A stretch of DNA of 64,000 nt, taken from an uncultured Chloroflexia bacterium (GTDB lineage Bacteria; Chloroflexota; Limnocylindria; Limnocylindrales; CSP1-4). The stretch spans positions 576,001 through 640,000 of the forward strand of contig CAVYIM010000003.1 in assembly GCA_963768655.1 (NCBI GenBank), in the 5' to 3' direction. The position numbers and the translations under genes were made by a program. Numbering within the stretch: position 1 is the stretch's first letter; every line of letters starts with the position of its first letter. The notes under the pieces were generated by a model. The model searched no databases. It worked only from the letters and a program-made list of their open reading frames with translations, and had not been told where the DNA came from. This document shows, piece after piece, positions 1 through 10,333 of this stretch.

Positions 1-32
1 TGCAGGCGCTCTCCCAGCTGAGCTATAGCCCC
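1..32 (-). tRNA. tRNA-Ala, 5' part (truncated by window edge; anticodon not visible)
   Basis: Reverse complement GGGGCTATAGCTCAGCTGGGAGAGCGCCTGCA is a typical tRNA-Ala acceptor/D arm. Confidence 0.9.
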
Positions 33-336
33 ACGCGCCCGCGAATGGTACAGCAACGAGGCGAACTTGCGCGATATCGGCGATGCGAGAAGGCTCGGGA
101 GGCGGCGGCTGTGGGCCATCTCAGAAACGAACCAGGGGCCCGTTTCCGGGCCCCTGGTGTTCCCCTCGATTCCCCCTCGTACCTTGACTACCGCCGGGCC
201 CCTGGCCCCTCACCACCGGCGGCCCCCTCAGCCTCCCCGTGCGTCCTTCGTTGCGGGCATCCAGACGGAGCCCGCCCGGCGCGTGTGACGGCGCCGCTGA
301 AGCAGGACTGAGGCCTCCGGGGTTACGCTTCGGCCG

Positions 337-1119
337 ATGGCGACGACGACCGAATGGCGCGCTTCTCTTCGACTGGCGGACGGGCGCCTCGAATGCACCA
401 TCCGGCGCTCGCCTCGAGCCAGGCTCCTGCGACTGACCGTCGACCCACAACACACCGCCGTCGTCACCATCCCGTCCCGGGCCGCACGTAACAAAGGCGA
501 GGCGGAGCGGCTGGCCACAGCGTTCGTGGCCGAGCGAGAGGGCTGGCTGCGGGGTCATCTCGAGCGACAGGCCCGCCAGATAGCGGCGCTGGATGCGCTG
601 GGGCCTCTCCGCGACGGAGGCACTTTCCTGTTCCGCGGGGAGCCGCACCGGCTCCGTATCGTGGCCGAGCCCGGGCGGCGTCGCACGGTCGTGACGCGCG
701 AGGGCGCAGACGCGGGCGACGAACTGGTCGTGCGCCCCGGCGGCGGGGAGCGGCGTGAGCTGGCCGCCATCCTCGAGGCGTGGTTGCGGGTGCGGGCCCG
801 ATCCGCCATCGAGCGTGAGATAGAGCGGCACGCCCCGGCTCTCGCGGTCGAGCCGGCCTCGGTGACGGTTCGGGACACCCGAAGCCGGTGGGGGAGCTGC
901 TCCCGCGCGCGCCGGCTGTCCTTTTCCTGGCGGCTTGTCCTCGCCCCGCCGGAGGCGCTCGAGACCGTGGTCGTCCACGAGCTGGCGCACCTGCGGGTAT
1001 TCGGCCACGGGCCGCAGTTCTGGGAGCTGGTCGCCGGCCGGCGACCGGATCATCGGCGCTGGCGACGCTGGCTGCGAGACCACTCGGTGGAGTTGCACGG
1101 AGCCCTGGCGGCCGCCTGA
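337..1119 (+). CDS. M48/YgjP-like (DUF45) zinc metallopeptidase
   Basis: SRWGSCS, LSFSWRL and VVVHELAHL...HGPQFW motifs. Confidence 0.85.
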   Translation: MATTTEWRASLRLADGRLECTIRRSPRARLLRLTVDPQHTAVVTIPSRAARNKGEAERLATAFVAEREGWLRGHLERQARQIAALDALGPLRDGGTFLFRGEPHRLRIVAEPGRRRTVVTREGADAGDELVVRPGGGERRELAAILEAWLRVRARSAIEREIERHAPALAVEPASVTVRDTRSRWGSCSRARRLSFSWRLVLAPPEALETVVVHELAHLRVFGHGPQFWELVAGRRPDHRRWRRWLRDHSVELHGALAAA

Positions 1120-1323
1120 TCCGCGCCGCTCGCGGCTTCGGGCCGTTCGCCCGAAGGTCGTCGCCCGATCCCCGCCCCTCGCGGCTTCGGGCCCCGGTCG
1201 CCGTTCCGCAGGTGCCGACGGCCCTTCCCTCTCTTGCGCGGGCGGCCTAGAGTGACTCCGAGCCGATCGATCCGGACCGAACGGCCGCGGGCGCGCCGGC
1301 GAGCAGGCACAGAGGAGCCCGAG

Positions 1324-1974
1324 ATGCCAGTCGTGACCATCTCCCGCCAGTTCGGTGCTGGTGGCTCGAGCGTTGCGGAGATCGTCGCCGCCGAGCTGCA
1401 CGCCGAGGTCGTCGACAAGAAGCTCATCGAGGAAGTGGCGCGACGGCTCCAGATCTCCACGACCGACGTGGCAGCCGAGGACGAGCGGCCCCGGCCGCTG
1501 CTCGAGCGCCTGGTCCGTTCCTTCTCCACGCTGGAGCCGACGATGGGCGCCGGCTGGTCGCCGCCGTATCCGGACCCGCTCTTCGACCCGCGCAACGCGA
1601 TCATCGAGCTCACCGAGCAGGTCATCCATGAGGTCGCGGACGGCGGCAACGTCGTCATCGTCGGCCGCGGCGCCGGCTTCTGCCTGCGCGACCGGCCAAA
1701 CGTCTTTCGGGTGTTCCTGCGCGCTCCGGAGGCGGTGCGAGTCAAGACGCTGATGGAACGGTTCGGCCTCAGCGAGGCCGAGGCACGGCGCAAGATGCAC
1801 GAAACCGACGCCAACCGGGCCGCCTACACGCACCAGCTCTACAAGAAGGACTGGTGCGACCCGGCCGAGTACGACCTGATCGTGAACACGGGTCGGTTGG
1901 GATACCAGGCCACGGCCGAACTCATCCTGCGCGGTCTGCGCGAGCCCGCCCGGGTCGCGATGCCCGTCGGCTGA
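1324..1974 (+). CDS. cytidylate kinase-like family protein
   Basis: VVTISRQFGAGG, VIVGRGA, YDLIVNTG; RBS GAGGAG upstream. Confidence 0.85.
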   Translation: MPVVTISRQFGAGGSSVAEIVAAELHAEVVDKKLIEEVARRLQISTTDVAAEDERPRPLLERLVRSFSTLEPTMGAGWSPPYPDPLFDPRNAIIELTEQVIHEVADGGNVVIVGRGAGFCLRDRPNVFRVFLRAPEAVRVKTLMERFGLSEAEARRKMHETDANRAAYTHQLYKKDWCDPAEYDLIVNTGRLGYQATAELILRGLREPARVAMPVG

Positions 1975-2017
1975 AGCTCGAACCGCCGCCGGAACTCCGC
2001 TCGACAGGGACCGGGCC

Positions 2018-2194
2018 TCAGTTCCCCGGCGCCCCGGCGGGCATGACCCAGGCCGGCCCGGCCTGGGGAGCCTGATCCCACTGGGCGTTGCTCAGCGGCG
2101 CCCGCGAGAGCGTGATGAAGCTCCAGGCCACGAAGAGGGTGAGTACCCAGATCACCACGACCACGTCGAAATGCCGGGCCAGTTCTGCTCGCAT
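2018..2194 (-). CDS. small single-TM membrane protein
   Basis: Hydrophobic segment VVVVIWVLTLFVAWSFITL; AT-rich putative promoter at about 2315-2365. Confidence 0.5.
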   Translation of the reverse strand: MRAELARHFDVVVVIWVLTLFVAWSFITLSRAPLSNAQWDQAPQAGPAWVMPAGAPGN

Positions 2195-2523
2195 GGCGAA
2201 CCCTACGAAGCGCTTCATCGGGCCGGTTCGTGCCCGGGCCTGCAGCGGAAGGTTCGACCGACAGAGGCTCGCCAGACAGGGCCCCGGGACCTCGATTCCC
2301 AATGTCCGGCGGCCCTAAGTAAACCGCTTATCTATGAATATCCGGGTCATTATTACGACATAAGTGCCCGATTCTGGACTACCCGGCGGGTTCGAACGAG
2401 CCGGGACCGGCCGCCCGGAAGGATGGCCGCTCGAACGAAACCGGTCAGGCGCCTGCGCCGCGCCGCGGATCGGCCGCTACGGCCGGGCCCCGCGCGTCGA
2501 GCGCCACGGCCCGGCGTCGCGCG

Positions 2524-3468
2524 TCAGGGGACCGCGACGGCCTCCGGTTCGACATCGAAGAGGCCCGGCACGGACAGATACCGCTCCCCGGTGTCGTAGG
2601 TGAAGGCCAGGATGCGGGCACCGTCCTTGATCTCGGGCAGCTTCCTGGCCACGGCAGCAAGTACCGCCCCCGACGAAACACCGATCAACAGCCCTTCCTC
2701 GCGCGCCGCCCGAACCGCGTAGCTGAACGCGTCCGGGGCCGCCACCGCGATGACCCCGGTTACGGCATCGGCGTGGTAGTTGCCGGGCACGAACCCCGCG
2801 CCGATGCCCTGGATGGGATGCGGGCCGGGGATACCGCCGCTCAGGACCGGGGAGAGCTCGGGCTCGACCGCGAAGACCTGCAGTCGCGGCCAGCGCGGCC
2901 GGAGCACCTCGCCGATGGCCGTAACGTGCCCGCCCGTCCCGACGCCGGCGAAGACGTAGTCGAGGCCATCGGGGAAGTCGCGGGCGACCTCTTCGGCCGT
3001 GGTCCGCTTGTGGACCTCGAGGTTCGCCGGGTTGTCGAACTGCATCGGCAGCCACGCGCCCGGGGTCTCGGCCACGATCTCGCGGGCCTTGGCGATGGCG
3101 CCCTTCATGCCCAGCTCACGTGGCGTCAGCTCGAAGGTCGCGCCGTAGGCGGCCATCAGCTTGCGTCGCTCGACGGAGAAGGACTCGGGCATGACGAGGA
3201 TCAGCTTGTAGCCCTTCACGGCGGCGACGAGGGCGAGCCCGACTCCGGTGTTGCCCGAAGTCGGCTCGACGATGATGCTGCCCGGCTTCAGGACGCCGCG
3301 CTTCTCGGCGTCTTCGATCATCGACAGCGCGATGCGGTCCTTGATCGAGCCGCCGGGGTTCTGCCGTTCGAGCTTGACCCAGACCTCGACGCGCGGGTCG
3401 AAGAGTTTGTTGATGCGAAGTTCGGTCGTGTTGCCGATGGTTTCGAGGATGCTGTTGGCCTTTGCCAC
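2524..3468 (-). CDS. cysK: cysteine synthase A
   Basis: [12 protein letters not shown] lysine, [30 protein letters not shown]; GTG start. Confidence 0.95.
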   Translation of the reverse strand: MAKANSILETIGNTTELRINKLFDPRVEVWVKLERQNPGGSIKDRIALSMIEDAEKRGVLKPGSIIVEPTSGNTGVGLALVAAVKGYKLILVMPESFSVERRKLMAAYGATFELTPRELGMKGAIAKAREIVAETPGAWLPMQFDNPANLEVHKRTTAEEVARDFPDGLDYVFAGVGTGGHVTAIGEVLRPRWPRLQVFAVEPELSPVLSGGIPGPHPIQGIGAGFVPGNYHADAVTGVIAVAAPDAFSYAVRAAREEGLLIGVSSGAVLAAVARKLPEIKDGARILAFTYDTGERYLSVPGLFDVEPEAVAVP

Positions 3469-3551
3469 GGGTATCTCCTGCGAGTTGGTTGGGACACGCC
3501 AAACCGGGGTCCGGCCGGCGCCGGTCCTTCGAAGATGGGTTGGATTCGAAC

Positions 3552-4439
3552 CTAGATGACGAAGTCGGGCGCCTCGAAGTCGGCCCGGCCCTGCCGGACG
3601 TGGACCTCGCTGCGTTGGTAGACGATCGAATTGGGCGGGACGCTGGAGGTGATCCAGGTGTTGCCGCCGATGACGCTCCCCTCGCCGATGACCGTCTCGC
3701 CGCCCAGAATCGTGGCGTTGGCGTAGATGACAACGTCGTTGCCGATCGTCGGGTGGCGCTTGGTCGAGGCTAGGGACTTGGTCACGGAGAGCGCGCCAAG
3801 GGTCACGCCCTGGTAGAGCTTCACGTTGTTGCCCAGCACGGCCGTCTCGCCGATGACGATGCCGGTGCCGTGGTCGATGACGACGGGGTGGCCCAGGGTC
3901 GCTCCCGGGTGGATGTCGATGCCGGTTCGCTCGTGCGCCCATTCGGTCAGGACGCGGGGCAGCAGCGGCACTCGCAGCTCGTAGAAACGATGGCCGATGC
4001 GGTGGGCGGCGATGGCGAGGAATCCCGGATAGGCCAGGATCACCTCGTCCACGCTCTCGGCCGCGGGATCGCCTCGTTCGATCGCCGTCGCGTCGACCAA
4101 CAACTGGCGATGGATCTCGGGCAGCATCTTGAAGAAAGCGGCGGCGATCCGGGCCGGATCGTCGATCTCGCCCTCCAGCGGCCGGAGCAGCGACCGCAGC
4201 TCGGTCGCGGAGGCGTCGAGCGCGTCTCGGATGTCTCCCGGCGTGGCGTAGGTCTGCTCCGCGGTCTGTGGGAAGAGCGTGTCGAGCAGGGTCCGCAGCC
4301 ACGTCCCGACTCGGGCTTTTGCCAGCCGCGCCTGGGTGTCGTTGGCGAGCATGTCGTAGACGCGGCCCGCCAGCCCGTCCAGCGGGTCACTGGATGGCTT
4401 GGTCGTCTTCGCGGTGTGGATTGATCTGGGGAGAGCCAT
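3552..4439 (-). CDS. cysE: serine O-acetyltransferase (CysE/EpsC type)
   Basis: [33 protein letters not shown] hexapeptide repeats. Confidence 0.93.
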   Translation of the reverse strand: MALPRSIHTAKTTKPSSDPLDGLAGRVYDMLANDTQARLAKARVGTWLRTLLDTLFPQTAEQTYATPGDIRDALDASATELRSLLRPLEGEIDDPARIAAAFFKMLPEIHRQLLVDATAIERGDPAAESVDEVILAYPGFLAIAAHRIGHRFYELRVPLLPRVLTEWAHERTGIDIHPGATLGHPVVIDHGTGIVIGETAVLGNNVKLYQGVTLGALSVTKSLASTKRHPTIGNDVVIYANATILGGETVIGEGSVIGGNTWITSSVPPNSIVYQRSEVHVRQGRADFEAPDFVI

Positions 4440-4594
4440 GTGTTCCTCGGTGGCGTTTCTCGCGGGAGCTGCGGATCGGGGCGCGGGCGGCTCGGGCAGG
4501 GCTGGTGGGGAAGGCCGAGCGGGCAGTCGGTGCCGGCCAGATTCGGGCCTGCGGACGGCGGCTCGACGCGAGCGCGGCGGCGTCCGCGAGGAGT

Positions 4595-4628
4595 AACAAA
4601 AAGCCGCGGGTCCTGTAGGAACCGCGGC
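4595..4628 (-). terminator. intrinsic terminator (attenuator) in the cysE leader
   Basis: mRNA GCCGCGGUUCCU-AC-AGGACCCGCGGC followed by UUUUUGUU, about 155 nt upstream of cysE. Confidence 0.8.
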
Positions 4629-4674
4629 CCCTGGGCGACTCGACCCGCTCCCGGTGGGAGCGCGAGACAGCCTG

Positions 4675-4734
4675 CTACCTCCTGCGGCGGGGCCGCCGCC
4701 AGGGACAGAGGCAGTTGTGGTTGTGCGAGTCCAT
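4675..4734 (-). CDS. putative Cys leader peptide MDSHNHNCLCPWRRPRRRR
   Basis: 19-codon ORF with two Cys codons between the promoter and the terminator upstream of cysE-cysK. Confidence 0.65.
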   Translation of the reverse strand: MDSHNHNCLCPWRRPRRRR

Positions 4735-4740
4735 GTCCGA

Positions 4741-4770
4741 ATCATGCGGGCTCGAGTCGATAGCCGTCAA
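4741..4770 (-). promoter_or_regulatory. sigma70-type promoter of the cys leader (leaderless)
   Basis: TTGACG-N18-CATGAT, then 6 nt to the ATG. Confidence 0.65.
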
Positions 4771-5011
4771 GCGACTGTCGCCTGAAGACCCGCTGAGGGC
4801 GGATCCAGATCGCACCGTGGAACGAGACGGGTGAGCGCGGCCGCGGTCCGTCGCTGCCTCGGTGTGCCGGAAGAGGTCGCGCAGCAGAAGACAATTCGAG
4901 GCGGCGGGATCCGTGATAACTTGGATCAACGCCGGTTGACCATTGTCTCCGGCCTGCCGTCCGCGGGTCGTCGCCGTGGCCGGCATCCGCACGAACCCGG
5001 AGAGGTGGTGG

Positions 5012-5818
5012 ATGTCTCACGTAATCAGCAGGCACGGACGGATCCTGCTCATCCTGCTGGCGGTCGCCGCTATCGCCCTGGCCGCCTGCTCGGGCAGCTC
5101 CGCCTCGGCGACTCCTGCCCCGGGGGGTAACGGCACACCTGCGGCTGCCAACACGCCGGCGGGCGGTGGCAGCGCCCTGGCTCCCGTCTCGAGTGCCAGC
5201 GGCGGCACCTCCGCGCTGAACGGTGCGGCGGCCGCGCTGTCGAACATCAGCAGCTACAAGTTCAAGATGACCGTCGCAGGCGGCGATTGGGGACAGACCC
5301 TCTCGGCCTTCAGCGGCGCCGCCACGACCGGCAACACGCCCACCGTCATCAGCGGCACGATCATTCTCAAGCCCGCCAGCGCGATGGACCTCACCGTTGG
5401 TGTCATGCACGTGATCGAGGTTGGCGGCAATGACTACCTCGATTTGACCGGAAGCGGCACCTTCATCTCATCGCCGGCTACCACTAGCATGGACGCGTTC
5501 GCGCCGTCGACGATGTTCTCCTCGATGATCGATCCCGAAACCATGAGCGATTTCACTGAGGTCGGGACCGAGCCGAAGAACGGCGTCACCGCCGACCACT
5601 ACCAGGGCACCCAGGCGGCGCTCGCCGATCTGGGCCCGCTCACGAATGTCCAGGGCGCGACCTGGACGGCCGACCTCTGGATCGCCACCGATGGCGGCTA
5701 TCCGGTCAGCATGGCGATCGTGGGCACGGCCGCAGACAACACCGTCGCCTACGAGATACTCTTCGACATTACGAACGTCAACGATCCGGCGAACACGGTC
5801 ACAGCTCCCAATGTCTGA
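5012..5818 (+). CDS. lipoprotein, LppX/LprAFG-like fold (tentative)
   Basis: Lipobox ALAAC; LSNISSYKF, KNGVTADHY, ADLWIA...GYPVS, DITNVND. Confidence 0.75.
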   Translation: MSHVISRHGRILLILLAVAAIALAACSGSSASATPAPGGNGTPAAANTPAGGGSALAPVSSASGGTSALNGAAAALSNISSYKFKMTVAGGDWGQTLSAFSGAATTGNTPTVISGTIILKPASAMDLTVGVMHVIEVGGNDYLDLTGSGTFISSPATTSMDAFAPSTMFSSMIDPETMSDFTEVGTEPKNGVTADHYQGTQAALADLGPLTNVQGATWTADLWIATDGGYPVSMAIVGTAADNTVAYEILFDITNVNDPANTVTAPNV

Positions 5819-6036
5819 TGGCCCCGTCGGATCGGGCCGCGATGGTCGCGGTGGGGTAGAGGCATTCGAGGCCTCGGTCATTCGGCCGGGACCTGTTCCG
5901 GACCAGACGCCGGGCTGCCACGTGCCGCCTGACGAGACAACGAGGCGTGTGCGGCCGGTGAGCCGGCCGCCCCGCTAGTTTCCAATCAAGGCCGGCTCGT
6001 TCGGGCCCGGCCACCGCCCCCGGAGGAGGGAGATTG

Positions 6037-6807
6037 ATGATCGGATCGGCAAACAGGACGACTCGAAGCCTCGTGGCCGCGAGTCTGGCATTCGCTCTCG
6101 TCGTCGCTGCATGCGGCTCTTCGACGAAGCCCACAATCGGAATTCCCGTCAGCGGGAACAGCACCAACGCCGGAAACAACCCCGGCGGCAGCGGCTCACT
6201 CACTTCCGGCCTGACCTCGAATCTCGACGCTCTCGACAGCTATCAGTTCTCCTGGCAGATGACGACGGCCGCAACCGGCGCCGGCGCGAGCGGGACGGGG
6301 TCGTTCGGAATCTCGGGGACGGTTGTCAACAAGCCGACCCAGTCGTACGAGATCAACGACGCCGGCATGATGGAGATCATCGTCATCGGCACCCAGGGTT
6401 GGATCTCCATGGACAATGGGAGCACCTGGATGGCGAGCTCGGATTACTCGAACGGGAGTTCCGATCTGAGCTCCCTGCTGCCGGACTCGATGTACGGCTC
6501 CGACTTCGACTCCAACGCGGGTGACTTCAAGGTCGTCGGCGAGGAGACCAAGAACGGCATCGACTGCATCCACTACTCGGCCAGCACGGACCTTGGCGCG
6601 GGCGGTGCGATCCTCGGCATCGCCGGCAACTTCTCGGCCGACCTCTGGATCGCCAAGAGCGGCGACTATCCCGTCAGCGGCTTCTACGGCTACAGCGCCT
6701 CGGCGGGCGGACAATCCGGCGCCTGGGGCTACTCGTTCGACATTACCCACGTCAACGACGCGTCCGCCAACGCGATCACCGCGCCGGCCAACGTGACCAC
6801 GCCATAG
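6037..6807 (+). CDS. lipoprotein, paralog of 5012-5818
   Basis: Lipobox VAAC; LDSYQF, KNGIDCIHY, ADLWIAKSGDYPVS, DITHVND. Confidence 0.75.
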   Translation: MIGSANRTTRSLVAASLAFALVVAACGSSTKPTIGIPVSGNSTNAGNNPGGSGSLTSGLTSNLDALDSYQFSWQMTTAATGAGASGTGSFGISGTVVNKPTQSYEINDAGMMEIIVIGTQGWISMDNGSTWMASSDYSNGSSDLSSLLPDSMYGSDFDSNAGDFKVVGEETKNGIDCIHYSASTDLGAGGAILGIAGNFSADLWIAKSGDYPVSGFYGYSASAGGQSGAWGYSFDITHVNDASANAITAPANVTTP

Positions 6808-6825
6808 GCGCATTTCGGGCAAATC

Positions 6826-6862
6826 GAAGAGGCCCCGGCCGTTTGGTCGGGGCCTCTTTCTA
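6826..6862 (+). terminator. intrinsic terminator
   Basis: AAGAGGCCCCGGCC-GTTT-GGTCGGGGCCTCTTTCT hairpin after the lipoprotein pair. Confidence 0.8.
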
Positions 6863-6909
6863 TGTCCGCGGAGACAACGAGCTTGCCGGGCGCCTCGCTC
6901 CCTGCGTAA

Positions 6910-6943
6910 TGACCTGAGGTCAGTATATGATGACCCGAGGTCA
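6910..6943. promoter_or_regulatory. tandem palindromic TetR operators
   Basis: TGACCTGAGGTCA (6910-6922) and TGACCCGAGGTCA (6931-6943) flank a -10-like TATGAT upstream of tetR. Confidence 0.7.
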
Positions 6944-6965
6944 CCAACCGGAAAGGAGCACCGGG

Positions 6966-7679
6966 ATGACGGGAACTGGCGCACGCGGCGACGCGGGCGA
7001 CGCGCCATCCGCCCCAACGGCACGGCGGACAGGCCGCGAGCTGGCTGCCGTAACCCCGGGCCGGCGGCGGCTGGCGCCCGACGATCGCCGGGCCGAGTTG
7101 GTCGAAGCCGCCATCGCGGTGTTGCGCGCCGGTGTCGACGAGGGCAACTGGGTCGCGGAGGTCACGCGCGCCGCGGGTGCGGCCAAGGGGACGTTCTACG
7201 TGTACTTCCCGTCCTGGGAGGACATGCTCGCCGTGGTCCGCGGGCGGCTCATTGACGAGTGCAACGCCCCGATCCGACACGCTCTCGCCACCGCTGACTC
7301 CGTCGACTGGTGGGCCGTCCTGGAGGACCAATGCGGGCGCTTCGTCGACGTAGTGAACGAGTTCGGCCGGCACCACGCCGTGATCTTCCATGCGGCCCTG
7401 CCGCACGATCCGGTCGGGGCCTCGAGGTCAGGTCCGGCAGTGCTCGCCGTGGCAATCGAGCGAGGGATTGCCGAGGGGTTCTTTGCCCCGGTCGACGTCG
7501 AGGCCGCAGCTCAGTTGCTCTTTGCCGCCGTCCACGCCGCGGCCGACGCGGTGCTCGCCGGCGGAGAGCGTGAGCGGTGGATCTCGGCCTGCACTGAACT
7601 CGCCCGCAGCTACCTCATGCCAGCGGCGCAGCCGATCGACAGGCTTCTCCAGCCACCCGAAGAAACTCCGCCGGCATGA
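6966..7679 (+). CDS. TetR/AcrR family regulator
   Basis: RRAELVEAA...VTRAAGAAKGTFYVYFPS HTH; RBS AAGGAG. Confidence 0.9.
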   Translation: MTGTGARGDAGDAPSAPTARRTGRELAAVTPGRRRLAPDDRRAELVEAAIAVLRAGVDEGNWVAEVTRAAGAAKGTFYVYFPSWEDMLAVVRGRLIDECNAPIRHALATADSVDWWAVLEDQCGRFVDVVNEFGRHHAVIFHAALPHDPVGASRSGPAVLAVAIERGIAEGFFAPVDVEAAAQLLFAAVHAAADAVLAGGERERWISACTELARSYLMPAAQPIDRLLQPPEETPPA

Positions 7680-9115
7680 CGGCTCGTCAGGATCTCACCT
7701 ACCGGCGGCGGATGCTCGTCCTCGCCATCTGCTGCCTGAGCCTGTTCATGGTGGGCTTGGACACCACGATCGTGAACATCGCCCTGCCCACGATCCAGCA
7801 GGACCTGCGTGCCGGGATCTCCGGCCTGCAATGGACTATCGACGCCTACGCCCTCGTCCTCGGCAGCCTGCTCATGCTCTCGGGCTCCATGGCGGATCGA
7901 TTCGGGCGGCGCCGGGTCTTTCTTGCCGGCCTGGCCCTGTTCGGCACCGCCTCGCTGCTCTGCAGCCTGGCCCCCAGCATCGATTGGCTCATTGCGTTCC
8001 GAGCGATCCAGGGCATCGGGGGTTCGATGCTGAACCCGGTGGCCCTCTCGATCGTCAGCAACGTCTTCACCGACGATCGCGAGCGGGCTCGGGCGGTCGG
8101 CGTCTGGGCCGGGGTGTTCGGGCTCAGCATGGCGCTCGGTCCGTTGGTAGGCGGGCTGCTCATCGGCGCCTCGCTGGGCTGGCGGTCCCTTTTCTGGATC
8201 AACGTGCCCGTCGCGCTGGTGGCGGTGTTCCTCACCTGGCGCTTCATCCCGGAGTCCAGAGCTGCCCACCCGCGGCGAGTCGACCCGGTGGGCCAGGGGC
8301 TCATCATCGGACTGATCGCGGCCTTGACATACGCCATCATCGAGGGGCCGGACTCCGGCTGGACGTCGCCCACGATCCTCGCCTGTGTCGCCATCGCGGC
8401 TCTCGTCCTGATCGGCCTCCTGGTCTACGAGCCACGCCGCCGTGAACCCCTGCTGGAACTGCGGTTCTTCGCCAGCGTGCCGTTCTCGGGGGCGTCGGCC
8501 ATCGCGCTAATCGCCTTCGCCGCAGTGGGCGGCTTCGCCTTGATGACCACCCTATATCTCCAGGAAGTGCGCGACTACTCGGCGCTGCAAGCCGGGCTCC
8601 TCTTCCTGCCCGTGGCCGCGGCGGCCATTTTGTCGGGTCCTATCTCGGGCCGACTGGTCGCCAGCCGCGGCCCGCGAGCCTCGCTGATCGGGGCCGGCGC
8701 GGCCCTGACGCTCTGCGCGGTGATGCTCACGGGGCTGACCGCGACGACGTCGGTCGGCTGGCTCGTCGCTTCCTACGTCGTCTTCGGGCTCGGTTTCGGC
8801 ATGGTCAGCGCCCCGGTCAACAACACCGCGCTCTCCGGCATGCCGCGATCGCAATCGGGCGTGGCGGCCGCGATCGTCTCGACCGGCCGGCAAGTCGGCC
8901 AGACCCTCGGCGTCGCCGTGGCAGGCGCGCTCCTCGCCTCGGGCCTCCACGGCTCGCTCCGCACGGGGCTCGCTCCGGCCAGTCAGCCGGTCTGGTGGGT
9001 CATGGCCGGCTTCGGTGTCGTCGTTGTCGCGCTCGCCATCGTAACCACCACCACATGGGCACGCGGTACGGCTGCCGCGGTGGGCCGGGAAGCGGCCGGC
9101 GAGGCGGGCTCCTGA
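7676..9115 (+). CDS. MFS drug efflux transporter (DHA2/EmrB-QacA)
   Basis: LDTTIVNIALP, DRFGRRR, WRSLFWINVP; about 14 TMs; ATGA overlap with tetR. Confidence 0.92.
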   Translation: MTARQDLTYRRRMLVLAICCLSLFMVGLDTTIVNIALPTIQQDLRAGISGLQWTIDAYALVLGSLLMLSGSMADRFGRRRVFLAGLALFGTASLLCSLAPSIDWLIAFRAIQGIGGSMLNPVALSIVSNVFTDDRERARAVGVWAGVFGLSMALGPLVGGLLIGASLGWRSLFWINVPVALVAVFLTWRFIPESRAAHPRRVDPVGQGLIIGLIAALTYAIIEGPDSGWTSPTILACVAIAALVLIGLLVYEPRRREPLLELRFFASVPFSGASAIALIAFAAVGGFALMTTLYLQEVRDYSALQAGLLFLPVAAAAILSGPISGRLVASRGPRASLIGAGAALTLCAVMLTGLTATTSVGWLVASYVVFGLGFGMVSAPVNNTALSGMPRSQSGVAAAIVSTGRQVGQTLGVAVAGALLASGLHGSLRTGLAPASQPVWWVMAGFGVVVVALAIVTTTTWARGTAAAVGREAAGEAGS

Positions 9116-9170
9116 GCTGATGCGTCGTGCCGGTTCGGGGTAGTGAAGTTGGCACCTGGGGAAGGTGGTG

Positions 9171-9218
9171 TGGCGGAGCTGGGCCGACTGACTGCGAACC
9201 GGCCGGCCGGATCGATCC
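9171..9218 (+). repeat. att-like repeat, copy 1
   Basis: TGGCGGAGCTGGGCCGACTGACTGCGAACCGGCCGGCCGGATCGATCC; similar to 11768, 14270 and 15753. Confidence 0.75.
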
Positions 9219-9463
9219 GGAGTTGTCTGGCACCAATCTGCCGCGCCCGGCGCACGTGACCTGGCCGGCGTGACGAGATGGGCTTCTTGGGGGGAGGACG
9301 GCCGCCCGGCCAACGCTGCCTGCCAGCGAATAGCTGGCAGGCGCTACGATTGCCGAGCCACTCCTCTGGGTGGGGGAGAGGAGGAACGGTTCGTCGTTGG
9401 TCCGAGGGCGCGGTTCATCCGATTGATGCGCCGCTCGCTCTCTCCGGAGCTTAGGAGACTGCG

Positions 9464-10333
9464 ATGCCGTTTGGAATCGGGGAGCATTGGGTCAAGGCGC
9501 AAGGTCTGGTCGTCGCGAGCCGCGAGATCGGCAGCAAGGGCCTGGGAACGTGGCGCGAGGAGTGGGTGGTCGAGGTCCACACAGCGGAGGGGGAAACGTT
9601 CCGGTCCCCGATCAAGTGGCCGCTGGTCGAACATGATGATTTCAGTTTCATTCCGTGCTCAGAGGGCGAGACGGTCAGAATCGAGTACGACCCCAAGAAC
9701 CACAACCTCCGCTGGGACAAGTCAGATCCGGCGAGAAACATGCTCGCGAAGACGCCCTCCGACGAGCTTGCGCGGCAGAACCAGGCTTTCAACGACGCGT
9801 TGGCGGGACGGACTCCCTCTGCGTCAGGTCCGTCTGTCGCCGGGCTGGATCCGGATCTACAGGAGCTTGTGAACCTTCAGGCCAGGGCGGGCGCTCAGGC
9901 ACCGGCCGCGGACGGCAAGGTGGGCCTCGACTTCCAGTTCGATGCCAGCGGCCGGCCGGCAGCCGGTCAGGTGGAGAACGTGGTCGGCGCGGTTGCCAGC
10001 GGCCAGATGCGGACGATCAGGGGCAAGGCGGACGAGATTCTTGCGACCGGGACTCACGGCACCGCGGTGATCACCACGGCCTCGCCGCTCGGCAAGACGG
10101 TCCGCGACATCAACCCGAACGCCGATCCCTCGCGTCTCAACGACCCCATGTGGCTTTTCACACTCGAGGTCAGTCTGGCCGGCCAACAGCCATTTCCGGC
10201 GGTCTTCGGTCATCGTGTGCCGCTGGCCAAGCTGGCTTCCGTCGCTCCGGGCGTGAAGCTGGCCGTCGCGGTCAACCCGGCGAACCCCAACAACGAGGTC
10301 GCGATCGACTGGGACAAGTCGCCGCTCTCCTGA
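9464..10333 (+). CDS. hypothetical protein
   Basis: Long ORF with RBS AGGAG and high-GC3 codon usage. Confidence 0.7.
   Translation: MPFGIGEHWVKAQGLVVASREIGSKGLGTWREEWVVEVHTAEGETFRSPIKWPLVEHDDFSFIPCSEGETVRIEYDPKNHNLRWDKSDPARNMLAKTPSDELARQNQAFNDALAGRTPSASGPSVAGLDPDLQELVNLQARAGAQAPAADGKVGLDFQFDASGRPAAGQVENVVGAVASGQMRTIRGKADEILATGTHGTAVITTASPLGKTVRDINPNADPSRLNDPMWLFTLEVSLAGQQPFPAVFGHRVPLAKLASVAPGVKLAVAVNPANPNNEVAIDWDKSPLS

Noticed and set aside
4440-4745. Thr-rich N-terminal extension of CysE (MIRTWTRTTTT) as a thr leader or true start
   Set aside because: Its ATG lies within the -10 box, the frame crosses a terminator, and Thr sensing does not fit cys genes.
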